64,000 nucleotides of DNA from the human T2T-CHM13v2.0 reference genome, Homo sapiens, in assembly GCF_009914755.1 (NCBI RefSeq), contig NC_060933.1. The stretch is one strand, 5' to 3'. Of this stretch, positions 1 to 14,575 are shown piece by piece (position 1 is the stretch's first letter; the number at the start of each line of letters is the position of its first letter). The notes under the pieces were generated by a model. It was not told the DNA's origin, ran no database searches, and saw only the letters and a program-made list of their open reading frames with translations. Made by a program: the position numbers and the translations under genes.

Positions 1-295
1 AGGATGGCATGGAACAGAATGGAGAGAGCTTAGATTGGAGCCAAGAATTCTCTGCTATACATTTGACTATGGAATCATATAAAAGTTGTGTATAGTTTTT
101 AAAATAAAATTAATCAACAAGGAGAAAAAAAATCAACCCCTAAACAGTGAAAACAAACCAGGACAAAGGAATCTAGGAATATATTAAGTTTCTAATAGAG
201 TCACATGGAGAAAAATGTGTAAAGAGACTTTTGGACACATTTTCACTGTCCAGCCAAGGAGGACATATTCTTCCTCTCCACTATCCCACCACCCA

Positions 296-453
296 GCACA
301 CGTGCGTGTGCGCATACACACATACACACACACACACATATACACATACACACACACACACATACACACACACACATATATACATGCACACACACACACA
401 TATACACACACACACATACACACAAAATACACATACACACATACACACACACA
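296..453. repeat. Compound (CA)n/(TA)n microsatellite
   Basis: Directly visible; source of the HT/CV-rich spurious ORFs at 184-490. Confidence 0.97.
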
Positions 454-653
454 GGCGCATTCACAACTTTTTATTTTGAAAAATATTTAAAGAAGTTGAA
501 AGAATAGTACGAGGAACATTGTATAGCATTCCTATAAACCCAAAAATATTTAAATAAAAATATTTAAAACAAAGAAGTTGAAACAATAGCATGAGGAATA
601 CTTTCACTTAGATTCACCATTTTCCACATCTGCTTTCCTCTCTCTCTTTTTAA

Positions 654-761
654 ATATATAGTATATATTATATTTAGTATTATATATATACTATATAGTA
701 GTGTATATATATATATATATATATACATAGACACACATATACATATATGCACACACATACA
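654..761. repeat. (TA)n-rich simple repeat
   Basis: Directly visible degenerate TA/CA array. Confidence 0.9.
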
Positions 762-1199
762 CTTAATGATGTTTTTGAAGCATTTGAAATTAGCTTACAA
801 ATATCATGATACCTCATAACTAAATAGTTCAGAGTGCATCTTGGAAAGAATGAAATTATCCTATATCATTATAATGTCATTATCACAGTTATGAAAACGA
901 ACAATAATTCAGTATCATCTAATGCGTAGTCCATATTCAAATTTCTTCAATTTCCCAAAAATGCCCTTTTGTTTTAAAAATTCAGGATCCAGTCAATATT
1001 CACGCCTTGCTTTTGGTTGGCATTTTTTTAATTTTTTGATTACAACAGGCCTAGGTTGGCTTTATATGGTTTTTCTTATTGTTTTCCACAATATGGACTT
1101 TTTAAGAATTCAGGCCAGGTAAATTATAGAATGACCCATATTTGTCTGATTATCTCCTCATAGATTACAGTTTAAACACTTTAAAGATATTAAAAATTA

Positions 1200-2690
1200 T
1201 ATTTTCAAGCTCATTCCACTGAAAAAAAAAACCGTGAAGGAATGAACCCCAGTAGCAACAAGTATACCTAGTACCCAAATGTTGGTTTCTTAACACAATT
1301 TCCTACCAGGAAGAATCAGGGCTCCTTGGAGGAATGGCTGGAATGGAGGAATGGAGGAATGGCTGATTCCAAGACTAAGGCAGGTAAAATATTAAGTGCT
1401 CAAATTAGTAGGGGAAGAGAAACAGAAAGAAGCAGGAGGAGGAGAAGAAAGAGTCAAAAAAGGGAAAGCTGTTCTGGAGAGAAGAATGCAGGCTTAAATG
1501 TAGAAGGAATATAATTAGAAAATGAGGTTGGGTGCAGTGGCTCACACCTATAACCCCAGCACTTTGGGAAGGCCGAGGCAGGAGGCTCGATTGAGCCTAG
1601 GAGTTTGAATCCAGCCTGAGCAACATGGCGAGACTCCGTCTCTACAAAAAAATTTTAAAATTAGCCTGGCATGGTGGCATGTGCCTATAATCCCAGCTAC
1701 TGGGGAAGCTAAGGCAGGAGGATCCCTTGAGCGCAGGAGTTTGAGGTTACAGTGAGCTATGATCGTGCCACTGCATTCTAGCCTGGGTGATGGAATGAGA
1801 CTGTCTCTCAAAAAAAGAAAGAAAAGAAAATTACCATTTTGCAACACCAATATGATACTGAGGCAGGCAAGCATCATAAATTGATGCTAAAACCATTGAG
1901 TAAAAGCTTGTGAGGAAATGGGATAGTCATACGGTCTCAGCGTTTCACCCCATAGATTACTTCATAATTACAGAGGGGGAAAAATGTATATTTACAATAA
2001 ATTTGGAAGATACCACCTTAACCAAGTGATCAAATTTAGTATCATCAATAATAGTTCAAATTGACATCCTGGGCCCCCTGACTCGATGCACTGGGAAGAA
2101 CACAGCATAAAAAATGTAGTATTCTTGCCAAAACTCATGAATCTAATCATGAGGAAACAAATGACAATTGTGGGACATTTTATAAAACAACTGGCTTGGG
2201 TTTTCTGAAAAAAAAGATCACTGTCCTGAAAGCCAAAAATATATGGCAACAAAGACAATGCATGTTCCTTGCTTGTGTCCAAATAAATTCCAATAAGGAC
2301 AATTTTGGGACAACTGGAAAAATCTCAATATGGACCATATATTTGGTAATATTATTGTATCACTGTTAAATTTTTCAGATGTGGTTATATTAGGGTTATG
2401 TAAGAGGATATAATTGTCTTAGGAGATGCATGCTAATGTATTAGGGGTGAAGTGTCATTGTGTGTGCAAACTAATATCACATGCTTCAACAAAAAAATCA
2501 GTGACTGTGTGAGCGTGTGTGTGGGGGTGGTGCAGGGAAAGAGAGGAAAAGCAAAAACAAATATGGCAAAATGTAAACAACTGTCAATCCAGATAAAGGG
2601 TAAATGATGTTCATTGTACTTTAACTTCTTGTTGCAGGTTAAAGTAACTTTCAAAATAACAAAATTGGAGGAGAATTTTGGGGGAAAGGT
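1200..2690 (+). mobile_element. Old L1 (L1MC4-like) 3' region fragments, interrupted by an Alu
   Basis: Motifs such as aggaagaatcagggctccttggaggaatggctg and aaatttggaagataccaccttaaccaagtgatcaaa resemble L1MC 3' sequence. Boundaries are approximate. Confidence 0.6.
1526..1830 (+). mobile_element. Alu (AluJ-like), full length
   Basis: ggttgggtgcagtggctcacacct...gagctatgatcgtgccactgc... followed by an A-rich tail. Confidence 0.93.
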
Positions 2691-2713
2691 AGAAACATAA
2701 ATAGAGCAGCAAA

Positions 2714-3097
<384 letters not shown>

Positions 3098-4369
3098 CTA
3101 TGAATTCATGATGCTACTTACATTAAAGAGAAAGATTGAGAGCACCGAAAACCAAAATGGAAACCAAAGATTCACAGAGGTTCTCCTGGATTCTGGGCCA
3201 TGAGCTGGGCTCTAAGGTTCCCCCGGCAAACAAAGGAGACGCTGCCTCGACTTCACAGAGAGAACAGTAACTATCAGGCAAGACTGCACTGAAGGAGGAA
3301 GTGAGCATGCTGTGGGCAGCGAGGGTTACCGGTTACGGACGCATCCACCGGAGGCACGCCCTGGAAACGCTTCCCAAACAAGTGGTGCTGAAGCCTTCTT
3401 GTTAGCGTGGGCCAGAGGATTGGGCCAAAACAGCTTTGCTGTGCCAAAGGTCCCTGTGCCCAATCCTCTAGGAATGGGCCCAGAGTCTCAGAAGACACCC
3501 CGGATGTGAAGGAAGTCATTCCCTCATACCTGCAAAGCCAACATGTCATGTTAGAAGAGGCTAAGACAGTACTATGTAATAGCTTTTATGGGAACATGGG
3601 GAAAATAGAGAAAATTATGCTTAAATCAGCATTTATGAATGTCTAGATCGTTATCTAACCTAGGATTGTTTTTCTCAAGTTGAACCCTTCCCACTGTATA
3701 AGGCTCAATCTCTTCATCATGGAAATAATAAATAATGTAATCATCTTAGGAAACAGATTCAAAGCAAAAGCCTTCTGTATAATTCACAACTAATGTAGAC
3801 TATGCTCTATTTAGAAAAAAAATCAGCTCATTCTTTATAAAATCATCCAGAGTAGGACTATAAGTACTATTCTTGAAATACTTAGCATAGTTATTGATTT
3901 TCACCAACAACCAGTCGATCTATTTTCTGAGTTTGAAGGAATCATTTATTTTTTATACACAAGTTACTGAATGAGTAATAAGTTTAAAAGTGCTATGTAT
4001 GCATGTGTGTGTGCATGTGTGGGTGTGTGGGGGTCATGAATGATTTACAGGGAGAACACAGCCTGTGTCAGGGGACACGTACTGCCTGGGTCCTCCATGG
4101 ACAGGCAGGAAGTTCCTCGCCAACACAGCTGGAGAGGGAGGCAGAGACCCGGAGTCTGGAGCCTCCATGGCCCCCAGAGAGGCCACTCTTAGAGGCCTTC
4201 GGGAGACCTCACCTTGTGGCCTGCTTGCAGCAGGAAGCAGGGCCAGACTCTACTTTCTTTGAATCTTATTTTCCCCAATCTGAGAACAGGCCTAACTGGG
4301 ACAACGCCTGCTCTTCAACCCCAAGTAGTGCAGTGAGGGTTACATGATACTGTGTGACAGGCAGTGTAG

Positions 4370-4580
4370 ACTTGCGGTTGCAAGCAGGGACTCCGGAGCC
4401 ATTTAAGAAGGGCAATCCTTTGGCAAGGCACTCAACCTCTTTGTGCCTCAGTTTTCTCATCTGTGAAATGAGGAGAATAACAGCCTCTTAGGGTTGGCAT
4501 GTGAAGTGAATGAGTTAATTTATGCACAGTGTTTAGAACCATGCCTGGCCCATGGCAAAGGCTATAGACATGTGACAAAT
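4370..4580 (+). mobile_element. MIR
   Basis: Core caacctctttgtgcctcagttttctcatctgtgaaatgagg...cagtgtttagaaccatgcctggc. Confidence 0.75.
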
Positions 4581-6129
4581 TAGTTTTTTAACAGGCCCTA
4601 CAGGTGTGTCCAGTCACAATTCCTGAGCACCTACTTGAGGCAAGGCCCTTGGGGTACTGCTAAGACTCAGATGGGCAAGGACTGTCTGGGCCTGAAGGAG
4701 TTGTTTGGCAGGTGACACTGAAACCTCATCAGGGATTGTAATATATTGAGGAATGGGCAAAACAAAGGAAGTGAGGAAAACGCTGGGTACCTCCTCCAGC
4801 TGGGACCAGGGTTGGGGAAGACTAGGAAGCCTTCCTGGAGGAGGAGGTAAGACTTGAACTAAATATCAGGAAATACAGAGGACTGAGCCGGGGAGGAGGG
4901 GGAGCAGAAAGGGCATCGTGCAGTGAGAACAACATGGGCAACAGCTCTTGAGCTGTGGGGAGCAGGTTCTATGCCTTAGCATGAGGGGAAAGGACCAGAC
5001 GGGGAAGGCCACCAGAAAGGCTGGCACCACAGCTCTCTGCCCTACCTGAGGTATGACTTTACACAGGCCACATCAGCTCTCTGGGCCTCACTTCCTGCAG
5101 AAGGGGTGTCCTACACCTGGAAAGCTCTGGCGGAGATCAAGAGACATTAAAGCTGAAGGCCTGGCACAGCTGCAAGGCTGCTCCTCTACTCTGTGTGGAG
5201 TTACATGTGTGAGCGGCCTCAGCCCCTGAGCACTTGCCTGGTTCCTTCTCACAGCTTCTAGACATGGAGGGGAAACCAGGCCTTATGAGCCCAGGGAAAT
5301 CACATGCAGAGGCCCAAGAGGGACGATGCCAGGCTTAAGGCAGGCACTGATGGCTCTGAGCCACAGGTCATAATGACACAACATTATCGAGGTTATCAAG
5401 GCCCATCAACTGGCCCAACCCACTCCTCTTACACAGGGGCCCACAAGGAGCAAGAGATATCCCAAGACCACATAGCTCATCCCATGGAGGTGACCCCAGA
5501 TCCCAGGGCTCTGTCTCTACCTGCACAGATAGGCCAAGATGTCACCTGGGTGACTATGTCCTTGAGTGGATGGCCACAGGAGGAAGAAGGAAGGCAATGC
5601 ACCAGCACCCAGGGTCAGTATAATGCCACTGCCAAGCCCCAGACCAGGAACCGAGGCTGGAAGAGGCTAAGCAACCTGCCCCAGGCACCAGCTAACAAGC
5701 ACCAGAGCCTGGATGTGAACCCCAGCCTATCTGCCCAAGCCTGAGACGCGTACCCGGTATTATTGGTATGTTGGCTCTCTGGCCCTCCATTTGCCCATCT
5801 GCACAGGTGAGCACCACACACCTTACCAAACACAACACTGGACGGGGCAGTCAGTGCCATGCCACCACATGCACCCGTGTGTCTGTCCGCAGAGCACCTG
5901 CCCAGTGGCTCAGCAGGCATCTTCCCAGTCTCACACTCTAAGGCAGTGGTTCCCACCCATGGCTGTGCCTCAGAATCACCCAGGGTGCTAACACACAGCA
6001 CAGAGGATGAGGCGCCTAGAAGCAGGACGAGAGCTGGCGAAGGTGACCAACTTGTCCCGGCCAGCCTGGGACTTTCCTGGTTTGAATACTCACAGTCCTA
6101 CTTCCTGGGGCACTCTCAATCCCAAAACA

Positions 6130-6220
6130 GGTATGATTGGTCACCCTATGCCTAGTGGGTTTTTGTATTTTACCAAGTTTCCAGGGGATCTTGATACTCA
6201 TGAAGTTTGAGAACCACTGC
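6130..6220. mobile_element. MER5A-like hAT-Charlie relic
   Basis: Terminus tttaccaagtttccaggggatcttgat...aagtttgagaaccactg. Confidence 0.6.
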
Positions 6221-6314
6221 CATAAAAAAAGCCCATTTTTAGTCAATTTTCCTCAACAAAATAGTAACCTTCACTCATGAATTACAGGAATGATGTTTTA
6301 AGAATAATATTGAT

Positions 6315-6612
<298 letters not shown>

Positions 6613-6740
6613 TTAAATTAGCTGGGCGTGGTAGTATGTGTCTGTAGTCCCAGCTGCTCAGGGAGGCTGAGGTGGGAGGATCACTTGAGCATGGGAGGTC
6701 AAGGCTGCAAGACACTGTCAAAAAAAAAAAAAAAAAAAAA
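6613..6740 (+). mobile_element. AluJ-like right monomer with internal deletion
   Basis: aattagctgggcgtgg...gaggatcacttgagc...aaggctgca|agacactgtc plus a long A tail. Confidence 0.85.
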
Positions 6741-7882
6741 GGCGACAAAGAAAAAGAAATAAGAAAGAAGAAGAAAGAAGAAGAAGAAGATTACATGCCT
6801 GCTGGGTGCCCAGCACTGTGTGACACATTTATTATTTCTATCTCTCATCCCAACCTTATTAGGTTGGTGTTAATCCCATTTTACATGTTTGTCCCCAGAG
6901 GGAGCTCATTTTCAAATTCCCTCTCCAGTTCTTTCTAGATGCAATCTGTAATTCCAGACTCAACTCTGTGTAATCTACAATTGTGCCGATCACTAGCAGC
7001 ACCAGCTGTACCGTAAGTAGCGCGAGTGATTTATTTATTTAGAATGAATTATTTACAGCCCACATATTCCCAGAAAAGGGTTGAAGTGGCTGGCGGTGAA
7101 AGACGCATAAACAATGAGGCCACTGGACTTACACATTGGGAACTGATATTACTTTAGAGACCATGATCTTGAATTAAAAATAGGGGTCAGAACCTTAAAT
7201 TGAATCTTTCACCAGGCCAACAGGAAAGACATGGGGTATGTCCTTGCAGGAATAGATTGGGAACCACCCTGCCCTCGATAGCATCCAGCCCTTCTTTAAC
7301 CTACCTCTGCTTCTCTGAAAACCAGAAAGAGTGTGTGTGCCCTCTAACAGCTGCCTGGGGCTTCTTTCGCCTCTCCTGTAAGTTCTCTGTTTTAATTTTA
7401 CTGTTCTGAATCATCTTCATGGTCGGTGAGAGTTAATTTCATCCACACAACTTTAGATCTGAAGACAAATGGAGACCTATACATTTTCAGGGCCCGGTTG
7501 GCATCACAGTTGCGGTAACATCACCACCTGAGATCTTAGTGGGCCTGATGGTCTGCAAAGTGCTCCCACATGCTCCAGCATCCCTGTCCCATCTAATGCT
7601 CTCAATAGCCCCAGAAGGGTGGACGGGATTACCTCCTTGATACTGTGAGTTCAGTGAGGCTCTGAGGGGGCTGCTAATTCGCCTAAGTTCCCTCTGTCAG
7701 TGAGAGGCATCAGAGGGAAAATGACCCGGAGCTTCGGAATTCCAGTCCTCTGTTCAGTCTCCTGCATCAAACTGCCTCTTTGCCATGTCTCCCTCTTTTG
7801 GGGTGGTGGTGTTGGGTGGTGGATTTGCACTGCTTCAGGAGAGCCTGGGAGAGTATACAGCAGGCGCTGCACTTGTTGAGAG

Positions 7883-7946
7883 AATGAATGAATAAATATA
7901 GCATGAGTCAGTGAATGAATGAATGATTGGATGGATGGATGAATGA
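7883..7946. repeat. (TGAA)n/(TGGA)n simple repeat, L2 tail-like
   Basis: Directly visible. Confidence 0.75.
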
Positions 7947-10900
7947 GTAAGAACAGAACCTCTCTTCCCCTGAAGATCGGAGGGTGCTGCCAGGATCCAC
8001 GCAAGCCAGGCTGGATGCGGGGACCACATCTCCACCCCTTCCACCAAAGGAGTGGGGGTTTGGATCATGAAGGGCAGTGATACCCCAGGCCAACTCAAAG
8101 CTGTGGAATGAACCTCCCCCTCCATCCCTCACACACATTATTGGGTCCCTGTAAGTGGCACCAGGCATGGAGAGACTAATCAGACATGTCCACTGTCTTT
8201 AGGGTACCACAGTCAAATGGGGGGGCAGAAATGGAGACAATGATGACACTGTGGTGTAGAGACAATCCTGTAACAAGGGATGCTGGACACATGGCGTAAC
8301 ATGCCCAGAGGCTCAGAAGAGCCAGCAACTCACTTGCCAGCTCTCACAGGCTGGACGTGGTTTTCAAGGTGAAAAGGAGAGGACGGGCCTGCAGGCTTGG
8401 GGGACCACTCAGGGGAAGGCTGGGGCCTTCAAAGAGCACAGAGCAGCTGAGCAGCTTCAAGGGACTCTGGGTGCTGGAGCTGGGAGATTTGGGGCAAATG
8501 AGGTGGGAGGGGCAGTCACCAGCCAGCACTTTGTCCACCACAGAGCCTGCCACATGTTCCCCTCTCCATCCCTCTGGCCTTTGCAGTGGCCTTCAGCTGC
8601 CCCACAGCCCTGTGTCCTAGGAATGCTGTTGCCATGGCCACCATGGGTCCCGCTTCAAGCCAACTACCAGACTTCTCTGTCCTGAAAACCCTTCTGTGGG
8701 TTCCTTCTTCCTTCTACCAATTGTATCCAAACAAAAAGCTACCAAGCTTTTCCTCACCTCATGTGTGACATGCTGCCCACTTTCAACACTGGGCTTGACT
8801 GCACTGGGCATCTGATGACAGCCAGGAAGGACTCTCCAAAGTCCCCAGGTCCTTGGGGTCTCTTCTGCCCTCTCTGCTTGGCCCATAGTGCATGCCCTTA
8901 GCATCATTTCTCCTCTTCCCTTTCTTCTTGTTTTTAATGAATCCAGAAGGTGGAAGCATCTCATAGATTATTAATGTGCTAAATGGCCCCCCTGGAGACC
9001 AGTGCAAAGAAATGGCTCCAACCCGTGCTGGATTACTGGCCTCTATTCTCTTTCTTAGAGAGCAGCAGCAACAGTTTCCAGCTGTGCCTCATCGTACTGC
9101 TACTTCCAAATGGTTTCCAATCAAGGCTGCAGGCTCACTTGCGTGCTCTGTGGAAGGGTGTGGCAGTCACATGGGCCAGGTTGTGGCGGGATTCTGGCCT
9201 GGGTGGGTTTTGACTGTTGGGGGCTGAGAGGCAGACGTTGTGTGTACTTTGAGCATCTTGCTGAAGAGCCCCCATTCCATCCCTGACTCCTTATTTTCAG
9301 AGTCTGCAGTGTCAAAGTAAAAAACCCTGTTGTCCATGCAAAGCTTTAAACTCCAATGGCCGTAATCAGAGATCTGCTTCTAGTAAAGGAGTCCTGGGCA
9401 TCATAACAGCAGCTACTGGATTACAGTTTATAAAAGCGCTTTCCCTTGGAGAAAAAACAACTGCATAAAACATAGAAGGCAGGTTTGCTATTCCCATTTT
9501 ACATAACAGGAAAGTGAGGCTAAGGGAGAGAAAATCAGACCATGGCACATGCTGCAAAGTGCTGGAGGGTGAGCCACGGAGCCCAGTGTCGCTGTTACTG
9601 TGAGACTTTGGCAAGGCCCCTACCCCATCTGGTCTCTGTTTTTCAGCCTGTACAACAGGGAGACTGGACCTAATGCCTGCTAAGCCTCTACGACCTCTGC
9701 CATTCCATGAATCTACCTCAAATTCCACAAGCCACAGCTAAGCAACAAGCAATCTTTTGATTTCTCAGACAGCCTACAGTTTAATAAAATAATCATTTGA
9801 GAAAATCATGTCAGATCACAAAATTTCTGTTCCTATGAAACAAAATGGCATTGACTGACCGTTTAGAATGATGCCAGAATTCAGTAAATAGCAAAAGGCC
9901 TGATTTGGGGGTTCTCACTGATTTGTTTTTTAAATGTCAAAACCAGGCATGCTTTCGAGTTTTCAGAAATCAAGTCCTAAACGTATTGGGACTCCATTGC
10001 CAATACCTCTACACACATAGAGTCAACATCCTCCCATCTGAAAGTCCTCCTTGCCTCCACTCCCTCACATGAACTTCTCCAAGGAGACAGCCCCATGACA
10101 CAAGCCGAAATGTTCCTTCCCAGGAAGGTCCTCGTGGGGAGTGCCAAGGTGGGCCACAAGGCAGGGTGGGCTGTCGAGGGGCGGCTGGGGACAGCGCTGG
10201 GAGAAATGCATCTACAATTTAATAATCTGCCACGGCTGCCTTTTAAAGGACAAGCTCTGTGGGATGCAGTTCTTGAGGAAATAGTGTTTGCGTTTTCCTA
10301 CGAGCAGCCCTTTATCCCTTTAGGAATCTGACTTTATTTTCATCAGCAAGACGATTTCTGTCTGCAAGCTGAAGCTGCGATAATCTCACTCCCAAGCAGG
10401 AAGGAGTGTGGTCCTGGTCTCTGAGGATGTCTAACTCCCTCTTGCTAGCATCTCTTGGACCTTTCCCATGCTCTGTCTCCATCTTCCCCACCCAGCTCCA
10501 AATTCTCCTGGTTTTTCCCAGGCCCCATGCTTTCAGGACAAACCAGGCTGGTGGGAGATCTGCAGGACTGCCCCAAAAACTGCAAACACAAGCCACCCTT
10601 AGGTCTCTGAGGACAGGATTCTGGGTGGGACTGAAAAAAACTGCAAAGGAAACTTATCAGTTAGAAAACCAGGGGGCGGGGGTTCCTGAGATGGGAGATG
10701 CGGGCTGAGGCTGAGCCCAAGGCTGTGTTAGGGCTCCCTCTGTGTCCGTTTAACAAGAGGCTGCAGCTGGAGAGTCCTTGGGTGACTTTAGGTCTGGCAC
10801 ACTCTGATGACGTGCCCTTGGTTGTTAGGGGACCAACCCAAGGCCTAGAAGGCAGGCACCTGGCTCTCCGTCAGCAAATACGCCCTGAGCACTGCTCTGG

Positions 10901-13198
10901 CATCACTGCCAGGCCTGTACCAGGCCGAGGGGCAGGGTGAATGAGACACAATTCTAACCTCAGGCAGCTGCAGGCCGGGGGTGGGCAGACATAGCAAACA
11001 CCCTGGGAGGGATGTGCAGGTCAGGTCAGGAAGCACAGGGGAGGCCATGGGGGGCTTTGCAAAGAAGGGACACCCAAGCTGCACCGGGAAGAATGAGCAT
11101 AGTCCTGCCAGCAGCCTGTACTGAGGCTGGCAGCATGAAGGGGCAGGAGGTGGGCTGGGAAAACGGCAAGGTGATGGTGCACTCCATGGACTGTGCCCCA
11201 CCATGGACTGTGAGCTTCATCCTAGCGGCACTGGGATACTTGCCCTGGCAGCATCCCCCTGTGACCGCCTCCATGTCCTCTTTCCCACACGGGCAGCATC
11301 AGTTGGAGTTTTTTGGACCAGCAGCATTTGTTAAAGAGCCCAGGTGTCTGGGGGATGAACAGGCCTTAGAGAGCTCCTGGCCTGGCAAGTCTCCAGGGGC
11401 CAACAGCATCACAGTCACCTGAGCCACTGGTACTGAAATGGCTGTGGTTTTGATCAGCGGGGAATACAGTCCTAGAGGGATCTGATAAATCCCCTAACCT
11501 AGACCTGCTCAGAGTGGAGCCCTAGAATTTGCACTGTTACCAAGAACCCCCGTAAGTGACTCTTCCCATATAGTTGGAGAGCCACTGACCTGGTCTATGC
11601 CTACTCTGTGTATTAAATTTCCCCAACAGCAGGCCTGGCTGAAACTGGACTTCTCAGGGAACCTTGGCCCACAGGGAACTCATGACTTCACAGCCAGGCA
11701 GCGTGCTCCATGCTGGAAGCTTCCAGAGGCAGGGCTTGCTTGCAGGAGGTGGAAACGCTGCTCCCTGATAACTTTGGCCGTGGCTCCTGCTTCTCCCCAC
11801 TTGCACCAGAGACCAGCAAAATCTATCAAAGACAGCCATGCAATGCTGGAGGCCTGGACTCCTCCCTCCTCCCCAGTGCCCCATGTGCTCTCCAGGCTGA
11901 ACACCCTCAGCTCTCCAATGTCTAGACCTTGACCCTTCCCTGATGCTTTCCTGGGTCATGCCCTAGTGGGTTCCTCCCAGCATGAGGCCCAGATCAGAGC
12001 CCTGCACCCTGAGCAGGCTCTGACAGTTTGGAGAGGGACAGAACCAATCTCACCTGCATGTCAGACCCTGGACTCTATGAAGGTCCTTGCATATAGAGGG
12101 AGAAACAGGTTCCCAGTGGCTAAGTGACTCACATCACGACTAAAACAATATTAGCCTCTCTATGCAGCAGCTATGAATCAAGAGGCCCGGCAAAAGGCAA
12201 AAGTTAAATTTAACCCGTTTCAGCACCAGGGTGAATTTTCACCCCTCTGGTGTGTGAATCCCTATTTTTGTGACACAAGGAAACAGAAACAACTGATTAC
12301 GCATTCCTGGCTGTCTCTGTCCAGCAAGCATTGCTCCTCCAAAAAGGGCCGCCAGAGCTCCTTTTCAATTACACAAATTCCATGCAGTTTTCCATTTGTG
12401 AAGCTCTGTTTTGAAGCCCAGTCTTGAGTAAGTTAAGAGATTTATCAAATCCCTTGGGCACCTGTAGACCCACCCATCCACCCCTTCACCATCTCTGGAA
12501 ACAAGCTTAGCCTCCCTGTGTTGGGGTTGGGGTGGCTTGGGAGGTCCACAGAGTCTGGCTTATAATAAATGGGTCTAGGTTTCCTGAGAGTGAGAAGGAG
12601 GCAGGAATCCAGGCTCCCAGGCTACTCCCAGATCAAGATCCTGATCTTTGTTCTTATATCTTCCTTGCCTGGCTGCACAAGCCTGGGAGAAATCCACTCT
12701 CTTGGGCTCATCTACCATTCTGCCTCCCAGGTCCTCAGAGAAGTCCAAACTGTTGAGTACCCTCCAGTTCCAAGCCCCCCCAGCATGCCCCATCCACGTC
12801 CAGTTGCAGCCGTTGATCCAGCCCCAGTGTCTAGTAGTGAATGCTAGGGCAGTATTGTCTGGGTGTGAGCATCTTCCCCCACAAGGAGCCTGGGAAAATG
12901 CAGAGCGATTCTGTGGAGGTGGAGGCTGAGATTCTGCATGGTCCACCGCCCTCCCTGCCCTACAGTCAGGGCCACACTGTGAGAGGCTCCGCCATGCAGC
13001 ATCTCAGGCCCCTCCGTCCACCTATCCTCTGCACTTAGCACATTTCAGTACTCAGTGAGGACCTACTGTGAGCCCAGACCCTGCGCCAGACACTGGGAAC
13101 CAGGAGATGAAGGAAGGGGTGGGGAAGGGCTGCCCCCAAGAAGCTCACAATCTGATATGGAAGACTGGCATATAGAACAAATTATTTTTCACAACACT

Positions 13199-13498
13199 TA
13201 TTATTTTTTTTAATAGAGGCAGGGTATCGCTTTTTCGCCCAGGCAGGAGTGCAGTGGCATGATCATAGCTCACTACAGCCTTGAATTCCTAGGCTTGAGC
13301 AATCCACCCACTTCAGCCTCTCAAGTTCCTGGGACCACAGGAGTGTGCCACCACACCCGGCTAAATTTTATAATTTTTTGTAGAGATGAGGTCTCACTAT
13401 GTTCCCCAGGCTGGCCTCAAACCCCTGGCTTAAAGCCATCCTCCTGCCTTGGCCTCCCAAAGCACTGGAATTACAGGCATGAGCAACCATGCCCAGCC
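13199..13498 (-). mobile_element. Alu (AluJ-like)
   Basis: Reverse-complement Alu: T tract, gcatgatcatagctcactacagcc, ending catgcccagcc. Confidence 0.93.
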
Positions 13499-13640
13499 CA
13501 TTTTTTAAATTTTATTTTTGTTAATTGAGGTAAAATATACATATAAAATTTACCATCTTTACCAATTTTAAGTGTACAATTCATTGACATGAAATTTATT
13601 TAATAAGAGAATACTGTACACAATATAGAAGGATGTAGAA

Positions 13641-13875
13641 CAGTGTTTCTCAACCTTCGTTTCACTGTTAGTCTCCTAAGAAGTCTTTCTGGCTGTTTTT
13701 TCCTACTCTTGCCCCCTGGTGAAATTGTAATACCACAGGCATGCATAGATCTGTTTGTGTACTACATCTATATCTATGCTTTATACATTAAAAAAGTAAG
13801 ATTTTTTTTGCCTCGCCACAAGAACCAATGTTTACTCCCTTGGAGAAGATATCACCCCCTATTGGGAATGCAGGG
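13641..13875. mobile_element. hAT-type DNA transposon relic (MER family, unassigned)
   Basis: Starts with the Charlie-type terminus cagtgtttctcaacct. Confidence 0.5.
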
Positions 13876-14179
13876 TGTAGCGGAGGAAGAAATAATTAAT
13901 TTACTTTTTGAGCGGGGAATGGGCGGCACTGAAGGAAAGGGGGAAAAGAAGGAGATCAGGGAAGGCATCACAGAGGAAGTGGTATCCGGGGTTTTGAAGG
14001 ATGAGCAGGAGTTCTGCAAAACAGGGCAGGGCCTCAGCATCAAGTGCCCCTTGCTGGGCAACTGGAGTTCCTGCCTTCCTCCAGACATTAGTCACTATAG
14101 TATCCAGTCTCCAAGCTAGCACCCAGTGAGCTTACCTCCCACTACACCTTGGTACTATTCCTCTCTAAATAAGAGCTAA

Positions 14180-14575
14180 TTTGTGTGATCCACAGATTTC
14201 AGCAGAACTTATAGTATGCAATTTCCAAAGCTAAGTCCCAAAAGACTTTGTCACCTCTGCCTTGGTCTTTTCGTGACTCACTTTGGGGGATGCCAGCTGC
14301 CTTGTCATGAGGACACTCAGGCAGCCCTATGGAGACCTCCACATGGAGAGGAGCCACACTGGAAGCAGATCCTTCGGCCCTAATCAAGCCTTCAGATGAT
14401 GCCAGCCCCCAGCCTTCAAATCCTCCAGCTGGGCCCCAAACACCATGGAGCAAACACAAGCCATTCAGTGTGTCTGAATTCCTGAACCAGAGAAATAATG
14501 AAATAATACATAATATTGCTGTTTTAAGACACTAAATTTGGGGGGATTTGTTACCCAGTGGTAAATAACTAACAC
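14180..14575 (+). mobile_element. ERVL-MaLR LTR (MLT1F/G/H-like)
   Basis: gatgccagctgccttgtcatgaggacactcaggcagccct...gttttaagacactaaatttgggg...atttgttac...aactaaca. Confidence 0.8.

Noticed and set aside
184-758. HT-, CV- and YI-rich ORFs
   Set aside because: Translations of CA/TG/TA microsatellites.
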